DNA of 64,000 nucleotides from Podarcis filfolensis (Eukaryota): the NCBI GenBank assembly GCA_964270895.1, contig OZ185437.1, one strand, 5' to 3'. The stretch's first letter is position 1, and the number at the start of each line of letters is the position of its first letter. The notes below the pieces were generated by a model. It ran no database searches. It saw nothing but the letters and a program-made list of their open reading frames with translations, and was not told the origin of the DNA. Shown here in pieces: positions 1-12,358 of this stretch. Made by a program: the position numbers and the translations under genes.

Positions 1-626
1 CAACCAGGTCCATCTGAATAATTTCTCAGCTGGTTCTAGTAAACAACTTAGTGCTTTTAAGGGGTCAAGGCCTAACAGTGTCTTTTTACAAGGTTTCACA
101 ATTTCATTAAGAACATGACATACATACCTGCATATTGAATGAAATAATACAGCAGTAGCTCATCTCAGGCAACAGCTGGGGCTCTCATGCAAACGTCGCT
201 TTGTGTCAAAGCCAAGTTAAGAAGTTTCTGCTGTTTTCTTTGAGGACAAGAAGATTTTGTTTTCATTCTCATATGAACCAGTTTTTAAATATATCAAAGT
301 GTTTATATGCCATCATACAGGATGAGCTAGAAATCCATTGCTACATATTCTGCTCCATATTTAAATGTCACAGCAGCCACTGAAAAAAACAAACTCAGCA
401 ACAAATCCTCTTATTATCTGCTGTTTTTACTACTCAGCATGTGATGTTTTAAAGTATGACGGCAAAGCATGTTTCCTCCTATATTCTCTTAACCTATACA
501 ATTTATTTTGCTCACTTGACATTCATGCTCATATGTTAGTAAAAGAGATTCCACTCCAGATTTTAGCTTGCCAGTAACTTCAGCGTAGGTGAACAATGCC
601 AGAAACTAGTGAATACTCAATCTATT

Positions 627-806
627 CAGTGGCGTAGCGTGGGTTGTCAGCACCCGGGGCAAGGCAAGTAATTTGCGCCCCCTAACCCGTGGATTTGCGC
701 CCCCTAACCCATGGATTTGTGCCCCCTAACCCATGGATTTGCCCTAACCCCAGATGTTGCGCCCGGTGCGGCCGGCCCCCCCTGCACCCCCCACGCTACG
801 CCACTG
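627..806. mobile_element. Non-autonomous hAT-like MITE
   Basis: Perfect 17-bp TIRs CAGTGGCGTAGCGTGGG (627-643) / CCCACGCTACGCCACTG (790-806); 8-bp target site AATCTATT on the left, interrupted copy AATCTA(cgccac)TT on the right; CpGs retained. Confidence 0.85.
671..751. repeat. 22-bp tandem repeat (3 units plus a partial) containing CCCTAA
   Basis: ATTTG(C/T)GCCCCCTAACCC(G/A)TGG at 671-692, 693-714, 715-736; partial copy 737-751. Confidence 0.95.
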
Positions 807-1995
807 AATCTACGCCACTTCTTCCTCCTCCTAAGACTTCTTTCTAAAAGGTTTCTTTTTGCATCTAGGTCTCTTTCCTTATAAGCAGAACCCTTAGAAC
901 CCACAACCAAAATACCAAGCCTTTTGTAATCATCGTAACGTTGCTTTGCTTTAATTTTTAATATTGTGAAGAGATCACAGCAGCTTGCAAAACTAGGAAT
1001 CAGATGACACTCTTGAGATTGGCAAGTCTTTTTCTCTGGCACCACAGGATGCCAGCCAATTATACATATATATAAATCATTACATTTTCACACCAAAAAA
1101 TGGGCATGTAGTCATAAAATGAATTGTATTACAATGAATTAGACCCAAAAAGACTTTCAGAAATCACTGGAAGCAAGTATGTTACAAGAACATTTTAAAT
1201 GTTCTTATGTAGCAGCTACATAAATGGCACATCTAAAGGCAAGATGAGACAATATTTGCAGAATTTGCAATATTTGGCAAAATCACTGGGGCCAAGAGTG
1301 CAGCTGTCTAGCTTAATTAAGTTTCTACTTGCTGCAAGGATTTAGGTCAAACCCTTAAAGTTACTCATGGGATTTTACAATCTGACATTTTCTTAAGGTC
1401 TGCAATGCAGACAGTAGTGTGTAACATGCAAATGAACAGGAGATCAGAGGAATCCAAGATACATAACATCAAGATCCTTCAGGGTCACTAGTTTAAAATT
1501 ATACAGGTCACAACAGTGGCATGTACAAGTTGCTGCCATATGTTGGCTCCTTGGTCTCTCCTATGGGAAGCAACTATAGGAATTTCAAAACAGTTTCTAT
1601 TTTGGCTGCTGTCCATAGAACAACTCCATAGAATTTGCATCCTCAATAATATTAGCTGAGGCCCAGCACAGAGTGGACACAGTGACACAGCTGGATTTAC
1701 AGGTTCAGCAGCAGTGTGAATAAACAAAACTCTGAGATGGTTTTTTTTAATGCAATTAGGAATGAAAAACATTTTTAAAATGTATGTTCACTAATTTGTA
1801 ACAGCCACATGGCTAACACGCAGACATGCTAGAGCTTTTAATAACTGAGACTTTGTTAGTAGTATTTATTCACTGCTGTTCTCAAACAGTAAGTCGAATC
1901 TTAATCTCATTAAAATCTGTCAACAGTCCATATAAGAAACAGATTTTACTTTTCTGCACACAAATACACACGCTGCCCCAGCCATATATAGACAA

Positions 1996-2446
1996 CTAAT
2001 GAGGAGTGCTTGGTGATACCTGGGAATTTTTAGAAAGCAATAAATATTGTGATTTTTAAATGGATAGTGTAATTTGTGAATTTGGATCCATCATACCAAA
2101 AATCAGGTAAAGTTATGTTTTGGTCCACTATCTTGATTAAAAATGGTGACCAGCATCCAAATGTCTGCAAAGACCGCCACCCTCATCTCAGGAACCCTCA
2201 TGCCAAGTTCAGTGAAGAGGCAGCTGAACCTATGCCAAAAATGGATGAAGTCACACGAAACTGGTGCTTTCGTCTGCCATCTTGATTCAAAATGGCACCT
2301 GGCATCCAAATAGCGACAAAGTCCGCTGCCCCACCTCAGGAACCATCATGCCAAGTTTGGTGATTACATCTTGAGATGTGGCTGAACCCATAGAGAACAA
2401 ACATACATACAAACAAACAACCTTCCAAAATACAGTATATAATAGA
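1996..2446 (-). mobile_element. Non-autonomous Helitron-like element, two internal ~150-bp units
   Basis: Minus strand reads A|TCTATTATATA...GTTTGTTTGTATGTATG at the 5' end and ends TTAG|T; no TSD; 3' ~120 bp aligns by eye to 26180-26297, which ends in CTAG; internal repeated unit gccatcttgattcaaaatgg...ccaagtttggtga. Confidence 0.65.
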
Positions 2447-3269
2447 TAAAAATAGTGAAGATTCCTGCTACCCTTCTCCAGTATACAACAAAGGAGATAA
2501 AGGAAAGCACCAGGCAAAACAAGAGGAGAGAAGCTCTAAAACCTAGACAATCCAGAACTACAAGTTCTGGAGGTTACAAGTTCCTTACCTCTGAACTAAA
2601 GTCTACTGACTTATCATTCATTCATACCAATATATTTTGATTTATAATCTTCAGCTGTCACTGTAAAAAAGGTAACCCTCTTTATCTTCCGCCTCTGCTT
2701 ATAATTGCAACTATCAAAATGCAGTGAGCTGTATAGATAAAATTTAGTGCACCTTAGGGGCTGTCACTTCACTATACAGCAAAACAGTTCCATTCATCTC
2801 CACCCCAGAGTCCTCTTTTCATTTAATAAACTCCTCATCTCCAAATTGAAAGCTATTATTTAAACAAAAATATTTTTCTTCTTTGTTTGCAAATATTTTT
2901 TAAAGAACAATAGCTGTGAACCTGAGATGTAGCCTCACATAGGCAAGTGAGACTCCTCCACTGAAAGCAAAAGCAAGGGAGAATGTCTGATCATAATCTG
3001 TAAAAAATATATACTCAGGTACTAAATTCAGAGTAGGGTACATAGAATAGGAGAATATATGTTAATGATCACTTTTGGTGGATTGCAGTATATTAAACAA
3101 AATGTTCAGTAATATTGTTGCCATCTTCTGGATTTGGTTTTTTTAATGGTCCAGTGTACAAAGTTATTCTCAGCACATATAACAAGCGTTTGCCTTCTGA
3201 AAATACACATTTGTAAAACAGCAGGCTGTTTATACTAGAAACAAGGTTACATTTAACTTTAGATGAGCA

Positions 3270-3560
3270 TTAGAAAAGCAGAACCTTATCTAGTCCAGCT
3301 TTCTGCTTCCCACTGTGGCCAACCAGATCCCTCTGGGAAGCATACAAGCAGGACATCAAGGCAATAGTCCTCTCCTATTCTTGTTCTGCAGCACAAGAGG
3401 CTTCCTGCTGTTGATCCTGCGGAATGCATTTAGCCACCATGACTAGTAGCCATTGATAGCTATATCCTGTATCAATTTGTCTAATGCCCATTTAAAGCCA
3501 CCTAAATTGTCAGCCGTTTCCACATCTTATGAAAGCAAATCCCATAGTTTAATTTTGTGA
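3270..3560 (-). mobile_element. CR1 LINE 3' fragment
   Basis: atctagtccagc...gtggccaaccagatccctctgggaagc...atgactagtagccattgatag motifs resemble sauropsid CR1 3' ends (recalled); similar to 3741-4110 and 61400-61556. Confidence 0.6.
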
Positions 3561-3740
3561 TGCTGCCTTGGAAACTGGTGCAGAATGTAATGACTAGATG
3601 ACAGAAACAGTCACCAGAAACAGCTCTATTGACTTATTTGTTTGCAGCCATAATTCTGGGCAGCATGAGTTTCAAAAGCCTTAACAACCATATACGGAAT
3701 GGGACCCAGATACCTGAATGGACATCACAAGAAATGAGAC

Positions 3741-4110
3741 GTAAGAGCATAAGAAGAAGAACCCTACTGGATTAGAACACGTCCATCTAATTTCACAGTG
3801 GCCAATTAGATGCCTGGAGGAAGCCCACAAACTAGACCTGAGTGCTACAGCACTCTCCCCACTCATGTTCCTCAGGCAACCGATATTCAGAAACATACTT
3901 CTTCTGCCACTGGAGGTAGTACATAATAACTAAATATGATAGTCATTGACAGCTTTATCCCTCCCTGCCCCAATAAATTAACAGAATCCCCCTTTAAAGC
4001 TACTGAAGTTGATAGCCATTGCTACATGTTGTGGGACCAAATTGTACCATTTAAATATGTGCTATGTGTTTTGCTGTCATAAGAGACCCTTCTTTGTGCT
4101 CCCTTACATT
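3741..4110 (-). mobile_element. CR1 LINE 3' fragment
   Basis: Begins cataagaagaagaccctactggattag...catctaa...gtggccaa; second degenerate copy of the same family. Confidence 0.6.
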
Positions 4111-7100
4111 CAGAAATGAGGCAGGTGGTGATGGCCCCCTTATGAATACCCTAGAGACTCACATGCCACCTTTACTCCCAAGTTTCAGACAGCAGGTCAA
4201 GTTATTTTATTCACCAGGCATTTTAACTGGCTTTATGGACAGAACCCAAAAGTTTCTGTATGAATTGATTTTATTCCCTGATTTTAAACTTCTAGGGCTT
4301 TTTTTTTTTAATTTGCTGATTTTCTTGTTTTTAGTTATTTGCTGGAGGTGTTTTTTGTTTTTGTTTTTTCAAACCCTTCGACCTTTACCGGTTTTGGAAT
4401 TGGTTTACAGATTGAAAAGAACATAAAAATATCTTAAATAAATGAATAAGTACAGTTACCTGTGCAAAATTAAGGCTAGAGGGAAAATACACAAGCTCAA
4501 TTTGCAACAGCAGAAGCATTACTATCAAATCCTCTGAAGCCACAACTAAACATATTTCATGTGTAGAAGATATACAAGCTCACGAAGAAATGAGTGATTG
4601 TATATATTTGGGGTGTAAGATGGACTAAATGCCTCAAGGCAAAGTTAAGATTTCCCCTGAAAGTAGTGTTTTGTGTTGCTTGTTCTGAAGGGTATGTGTG
4701 TGAAATCATCTATCAGAATAATGGCTGCTAAACAGAATGATGGTTTCCATCTTGAAGCCATATTAATAGACTGAAGGCTCTCTCTAAAGTAATTACCTGG
4801 ACACAAAAAGGAAAGGGGGAAAAATCATTTGGGGGAGAGATGAAAGTGCTTGCTGGGAAGAGTGAAAAGGTATCAGGTGTCCCTTGGTTTGCTTCTGGCA
4901 CCCTTCACTGCCCAGAATATTGGCAAGGAAATTGCTATTAAGTCACCCTGAGCTGAAAGGACAAAGTGGTATTGCTAGTGCTTCCAAGCATTTTAGAACA
5001 GTTAACCTAGAAAAAGACAACACATTCCAGTAACGGTTCACAAAACATAAAAGAAATCCTTTGAGCCTGACATTTACCAGAATTCTGAAGCCCATTCCAT
5101 CCATTTCTTACAAACTAACCACCCACTCATGGGTTCACAATGATTACCACAGAATCACAGAGCTGGAAGAGACCAGAGTCTCCCAAGTCCAGGTTTAGGC
5201 ACCTACCTATTGATTAACTTTCAGAATTCAAACCACAGGATACTAAAACCAGACAGAAAACGTGAGAGGACATTTTTTAAGATAAATTCATGAACACGAA
5301 TAAATCCCATTCACTATAAACTACAAGCTTTACTGTGTACAATTTCACATTATCCAGTACACCATATCTGTGATCCATTGAAGCACATGAACAAAGTATT
5401 TCCATGCATGATGGGTAGTTGTCATCAAACAACTCTTCTCGCAATGGTGTCTCATGCCTCATGGAGTGCTTTATATCCCAGCCCATGAGAAGGAAAATTC
5501 TAGATGCTCCAGAAAGAAAATAGGTAATTTTTATTTTATTTTTTTGCTCAGTCCTTGAGGCATGTTGCCCCATCAGCCTTCACTGCCCTCATTTCCTTTC
5601 TCTGATTATTTGTTCAGGAAGTGACTACAAGAAAAAAGCTGAAGACTGGAGAAATGTGCTGCATCTTAGGTTCAGGAGCAAAGCTGAAGTCACTAAAGTT
5701 CTAGGAAAGGCTCTGCAATCTGCTGGTATCCTGTAGCATCTCTGAAATAAGATGCCAGCTGAAGGCAATTTCTCACTTTACATTTTATAAATGTATATGT
5801 TTCTCAAGTACAAAATGCATAAACTTCCTATTAGTTGGGAACAGCTCATACACACTAAGATTGCCACTTTTTCCAATGAACTATATCTAAAAGTGGCTCA
5901 ATTCTTTCTTGATGCTGTCTGTACATATTTAATGAGCAAAACACACACATGCATCATTCTCAACTAAATCAACAAGATGCCTGTTTATTAAACCAAGGAT
6001 TCCATACCCAGGTAGGAAATGTAAGCGAGAAGTAGTCTTGAATCTGAGTGAAATTGTCAGGCCTAAACAAGGCAATTGTAGAGTGTAACCATATGCACTT
6101 GTACTCAGAAGAAAGCTGTATTTGTCCCATAAAACGTGCTCCCATATAAGTGTGCACAGGATTGCAGCCTTAGTCTGCAACTCTGATCATCAGCAGTTTT
6201 TTTTAAAGTGTAAGGCAGGAAAGTTTATTTAGCTTTCCAATTTCAGATGCCAGCTAAAGACAAAAACAACCAAAAACCCTCCTCTAAACCTAAAGGATGA
6301 AATTCTCTGCATTTTCTGAAAACACAACCACAAACTTCTTTTCCTGTGGTCATGCCTGGCTTTCCTCTTATTTTCCCTGTGTCTCTTAACTAGAGTTTGT
6401 AGCCTGGTCTATAAGAATGCAAGTCCTTTCCACTGAGCAAGAACTTCCAAAATGTAATACGTGTGCAAGCCCTAAAAGAAGAACAGCTGACTCCTGAGAT
6501 GCATTCATTAAACACAGAGGCTCCATAGTAATGCTAGTGTTCCATTCTCTCTTTGCACACCACACCACTATGAAGGGATTTAGAAAAAATTACTCTAACG
6601 GGGTGGGGAATCAAGAGTTTCAGCTGCTCAGTCACAGACAGACTATCATATATGATGCAAATATTTTGCTTTATGTGGAATGAAACAGAATTTCCAAAGA
6701 GCAAATGCTCATGTTGTAATACAGCATCATTCTGCATTGCTGACATGTGAAGTCACCATGTCATGTCACCGTATAGGAAAAATCTGATTACAAGCAGGCG
6801 TGCTGAGTATGCTTAATGCTATTCTTTCTCTGGGATTCAATACATTTTACGTGTTTTTAAAAAACAGAATGTCTACACTAAAAAGGTGACCTCCAAGTAG
6901 CAGTGCTGAAAACACCTTGTCATATATTAGAGCAGCATTGACCAACTTGATGCCCTCCAGATGTTTTGGACTACAACTCACATTAGACAACTAGCTATGC
7001 TGGCTGGGGCTGCTGGGACTACTTACTAGTTCAAAATATTTAGAAGGTACTAGAGTGTGGAAGTCTGCATTAAGAGAGCTGCTGCCAGTCAGAGTGGACA

Positions 7101-7469
7101 ATATTGAGTTGGCTGGACAAACTATTTCAGCAGAAGGGTTCAGTTTCACTGATAAAGAGGCAAATACAAATTGCACCCTAAGCACATAGACGCACACAAT
7201 TTGAATTCCTATCAAATTGAAAGTTAATAATGCTGGAGCAGTTCTTCCCAAATCATGAAACAATGCATGGATTTTCCAAATGTGAGTTTCACTGCAACAT
7301 TCATCAGCATTCAGTTATCTGCATGGGTATACACAGAATTATGCCTTATTAATTTTGCTTGCATTAATTTTAGCTCTTTTTTCTTGTTGTGCTTGACCTA
7401 CCAGCATAACTACTAACATATAGCTATACAACAATATTTTAAAGGGAGATTTAACAGTCACTCAGCATC

Positions 7470-7470
<1 letters not shown>

Positions 7471-7516
<46 letters not shown>

Positions 7517-7625
7517 TTTATACCCCATCCATCTGGCTGGGTTTCCCCAGCCACTCTGGGTGGATCCCAACAGAATATTACAAACACGATAAAACATCAA
7601 ATATTAAAAATGTCCCTAAACAGGG
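7471..7625 (-). mobile_element. L2 LINE extreme 3' end with (ATT)15 tail
   Basis: 7516-7625 is the reverse complement of the 3' end of the L2 at ~26876-26990; (AAT)15 at 7471-7515. Confidence 0.85.
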
Positions 7626-7764
7626 AAGCAAACCTTACTACTTTAGTCTTAAAAGACAAACAGTGCAAATTAAGGCTACAAAACTTTGTTGAACATCTGT
7701 CACTGAGACTTCCTACAGTTTCCTAGATTGCAAAAATATGAAGCGATCTGTACCCCATACTCAT

Positions 7765-7960
7765 CAACTGAGGCCCTTCTTCATGTGCCCCCTCCATGAG
7801 AGGTCTGAGGGTGGCAACATGAGAACGAGTATTTTCTGTGGTGGCTCCCTGTTTGTGGAATGCTCTCCCCATACAATGATGGTGCCATCATTGTGTATCT
7901 TTACGCGCCATGCATTTCCCCCCCTTTATAACTGGGCCTCTGTCCTTTAACTATCTGTGG
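7765..7960 (+). mobile_element. Degraded L2 3' fragment
   Basis: ttttctgtggtggctccc...tgtggaatgctctcccc resembles the AFSVVAPxLWNALP segment of the L2 at 26780-26820. Confidence 0.55.
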
Positions 7961-9945
7961 CATTATGGAAGTGGGCAGGATATTTTTAATGTATTTCTTT
8001 TTCCTCTTGGTTTTAATTTATCTCGGGGAGGGGGGGTCTCTGTCTATTTGTTTGGTTGTAAGTTGCTTTGGGCTGGCCTGGAAAAACAAAGTGACTATAT
8101 AAATAAACAAATAACAGAATGTATAAATAAAATGCATAAATAAAATGCATAATAAATTGGGGGTAAATAGGATCCCCAAAACCTGCAGTTTCAGTCTAAC
8201 TGCAATGACTAAAAAATACTGTAATGTGAATCATACTTCTGCAGAGGCTAGACAGTTTTAACTTATCCAATCACATTTTTATTAGACCATAAATTTACTG
8301 CAAATCATATCATGCCTAATGAAGCCCATAGGGCTGTTGGCCTCAATGGTATCTTCACATAATGCTCCATATATATATATATTTGGATAACATTACTCAG
8401 GCTCCTCAAGCAGGATAACTGTTGCGTATTAACACATTCCACAACTGCAAATTCACTGTTTTATACATAGGAAGCATCTGTTTTAGAAGTGATCTTCTTT
8501 GTTGGAAAACTCCACAAGCAAAAATTGTCACATGCTATGCCTTGCATTTGCACCCTCTGAAAAAAAATCACCAGATAATCCCTACTTCAAAAGCCCACTG
8601 TTTGTCCATCTGACAACTGCTTCCAAAGAATGCAAACATGCCATCTCTATCAAGTGGTAACAAAGATTACTACAAGTGTTATGAGTTGTGTGCCCAGTAC
8701 TGAAGGTAAGAAATAAATATTTTGCTGCAGATGGGTAGCAGAAAATTGTTACTACTTAGGTTTTTTCTAATGCCAATGTGAGCTCAAACATTAATAGCAC
8801 ATCTGAATGTTCTAACATGTATATTGCTTGATGAAGTATACTGTATATGCTTCACAGAGGCAAAAATGGAATTTGCTCAGTAAAGCAACAATTATCCACT
8901 ATAGGCCATGTCGCTTATAGGAAAAGGATGCTCATTATTATAACGACACAGTTCCAGGCGTAGTTAATGCCTGTTTTCAGCAGCTCAACTCTTTCCAAAA
9001 GCATACATATGAACTACAGTCAAGAACATTTATTCTGACATGATTAAAAACTCAAATCCTATGTCCCGCTGTGCAAAGACAACAGAGCACAGAATTGTGT
9101 TCAGGGTTTTCAGACCCGTAACAGTAGATTGCTATGCTGGAAGTCTGCCATTCCTATTATTATTATTCAATGTATTTTTATACCACCCTTACTCCCATAG
9201 GAGTTCAGGGCGGTTCGCAGCATAATAAAATATAACCAACACAAAGCAATAATTAAAACATCTAAAACTGCGTAGCTAAAATCAAAGACACAGTGCAGCA
9301 AACATCAATAGTAAAACTGTTGGGGAGGAATTTAATGTACTGCTAAGCAGGCCACTCCACCAGTGCAAGTATTTCTGCTTCCCTGATGGAACATTCTACT
9401 TTCTCCCCTGACCTCAGTGTTGTTCTAGGGGTCTCTCAATTCCCTTCACAGCCAACTTGGGGTGGCAAGAGAGGCACCTGGAAGGAGGAGCAGGGGAAGC
9501 CCTGTTGCACTAATGGAAGTCCTTGTGTGGGCTTCTGCTGGCATGACTAGTTAGTTGAATTTGTCCCATGGACTCCATAACACATTTATGTCCTCCAAGC
9601 CCAGGCAAACAAATGCAAGATCAGACCTAAAGCTTGTCAACATAGGAGACAGACCCACTTTTTCAAGAAGAGAACTCCACAGTTGGCACACTACCGCTGA
9701 GAAGACTCATTTTCATGTTACAACACCACAACCCATAGTCATTGGCTGGACCATGAGCTGTGCTTCCCCCACTGATCTCAAAGCATGAGCTGGTAGGCAT
9801 TATAAGAAGCACTCCTTTAAGTGCTCCGGCCCCAAGCCATTCATATATCAGTGCTAGCACATTGAAATACATCAGGTACCTCACAGACACAGAGTGCAAT
9901 TCTATAAGGATTAGTGACATCTGAGCCCATCCTGCTACTTGACTA

Positions 9946-10000
9946 AACTCTACAATTCTATGATTCTACAATTCTAAACTCTGTGATTCTATGATTCTAT
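9946..10000 (+). repeat. CR1/SINE-type (ATTCTATG)-like tail
   Basis: aactctacaattctatgattctacaattct...gattctatgattctat; same tail as 34760-34780. Confidence 0.7.
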
Positions 10001-10699
10001 ACCTGCTGCAGCTACAGGACTGTCTTCAAGGATACCGCCACATAAGGTCACAAGGTCAAACTGTGAGGTTAATACTGCTGAAGCTGGGCTATCCTAGTCC
10101 TGGAATGGCCATAACTAGTGAACCAGTCATAGTTGGATATCACTCAGGCTTCTAGCAACAGCTTGGAATGAATGAGTACCCACAAACTATGTACCTGTTT
10201 TTTTCAGGAGAAGTAAAACCCACTCCAAAACAGGCAATTGCCCTAATTCTTGGACCCAAGAAACACCTGTCCGTAGCTCTCCATCTTGTCAGGATTCATT
10301 CTCAGTTTACTGGCACTCATTCAGGCCATCACTGCTTCCAGACATTGGTCCACCTCTCCTAATTCATTTGTAATGTAGTGTCATCAGTAAATCAGTGAGA
10401 CCATGCTCCAGATTCCCAAATGAACCTCCTAGGAATTTCAATAGCATGGAGGACAAGTAAGTTCCTTGTGTCATGGGGCTGAGCGAAAGCTCCTCAATGC
10501 TACTCTCTGGTAATGACCCCACAGGCAGAAGCAGAATCATTGTAACTGAGTCCCAACCTGCACAACTGCTCAAGGATATCATGGTCAACGATACTAAACA
10601 CTGTTTGTCCCCTGATAAAGAATCAAGATGACCAAAGCTGTTTCAATGGTGAATACAAACTGAAATGGGCCTACACATTATCCATGCATGTCTGCAGCA

Positions 10700-11030
10700 G
10701 GCTAGCCACCACTCTCTCAATCCCCCTGCCCAGGAAAGAAATATTTGCAACTGAATGGTAGTTATCTAATACCTTGGGATCCAGGGACAACCTCTTCAAG
10801 AGGGACCACACCACAGTCCCTTTCAAGGCAGCAGCCATGTACTTTCCCACAACGAAGCATTAATCACTCTCTGGATCCAGCCAGTCAGTCCCTCACTGTT
10901 AGATCTTAAAAGTAATGATGGCCTACCCGTGCAACACCCAGTCCACACTGTCAGGATACAACAACTAAAAGTGATCCCATTAACTTTTACCAGATAGTGT
11001 AGGACCTGCATGAACTGGATAGGAGCTCAA
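10700..11030 (-). mobile_element. Old degraded L2 RT fragment
   Basis: Weak resemblance to L2 ORF2 on the minus strand; heavily decayed. Confidence 0.35.
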
Positions 11031-12274
11031 AACGATCGCAATAATTAGTACTGCTATTCTAGAAAAAGAAAGTATTGCATGGCACAACAGCAATGCTAAG
11101 ACAAATTTTCGGTATGTGTTTTTCGGATATGAGCGTTACGGTATATGCAGCTCCGTGCAACCCTTATGAAGTAGCACCAACATGAGCACCACCACCTTGC
11201 AAGTGCCAGGCATTTCTTTGAAATAGCAAGGTCAGCAGAGACATACAGCTCTCTGCCCCAATTGTCTCACATAAAATACTGTGGCACTGTTGCAAAGGCA
11301 GATAATGCTAGCATTTCCTCTGGCATGGTACTGAAAAGTCTGAAGATAGTATATTTGACAAAGTGCCTGGAACAGCTACAGCTTTCTGTTCTTTCCTTCT
11401 TGCTTCTTGAACATGAAGCCTGAGAAACATCCTATACAGTATGTACAACCCAAAATACTGCATCCCACATTTTAAACATGATGTAATTCAAATAAAGTTA
11501 CCATTTCACTTGCTCTGTGCCCCTAAAGCTTGTAAATTATTAAATTATATTTTACAACCTCAAATTTTAGAACCAAGAGTTTATTATACCAATTTAATTA
11601 TAAAAAGAATAAGCACAATTCATCCAAGATAGGTATTCTGAAGCCCATTACATGAGATGTTTGCAGATCCAAACATCTAAAATGGGCAGGGGGTTGCTGC
11701 CATCATGTCTAATTTGGATCTTACTGTCTTTGATTTCACTGTAAGAAAGCGCAGACATAATTTAAGAATCAACACGTGCTTCACTTTGCTCCCTACAATC
11801 AGTGGTTATTTTAGAGCACTCAATTTACATTTTGTCCAAGAACTGTAAATTATAATAAAATGGTGGGCATCTGAATAACTATTCTCCTTTTTCTGTCACT
11901 GAAAGATGAACTAAATTAACTGCAAAAACAGGACCCTTCAAATTTACCTTTCAGACTAAACCACAACAAATTGTATCGTCTGCAAACATAACCAAAAGTG
12001 CTCAACAATTGTTTAAATGCTGACAGAGTTCTCATGAGAAGAGTTTGTTTAAAAGAACTACAAATTGTTACACATTTTTTCAGGTAATACAAAGAAGAAT
12101 GTGGGGCTGAGAACACATGTGAGCAGGTAAGTATCCTGGAAGAATTTTCAATTTCTATGCATGCCTTTCTAACACACCCTGTCTCCACTTCTGAGCATAA
12201 GAAATGAATGTACCACAGTAATGGAGCAGGGGTCGGGGGGAGAGAGAAAGCATTTTACAAACACTATGTCTTTT

Positions 12275-12358
12275 AGGCTACAATCCCATACACGGTTACC
12301 TGGGAGTAAGTCCCATTGATATTGATGTGACTTACCAGACATGCACAGAATTGTGCCC
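12275..12358. mobile_element. Short palindromic MITE (ggctacaatcc...attgtgcc family)
   Basis: Imperfect fold-back with central gtaagtcccattga...gacttac; related copies near 15850-15925, 16170-16250, 16405-16480, 16840-16935, 42950-43025, 61281-61370. Confidence 0.65.

Noticed and set aside
671-751. CRISPR-like array or true interstitial telomere
   Set aside because: Repeats are head-to-tail with no spacers, the DNA is eukaryotic, and CCCTAA is only part of a 22-bp unit inside TIRs
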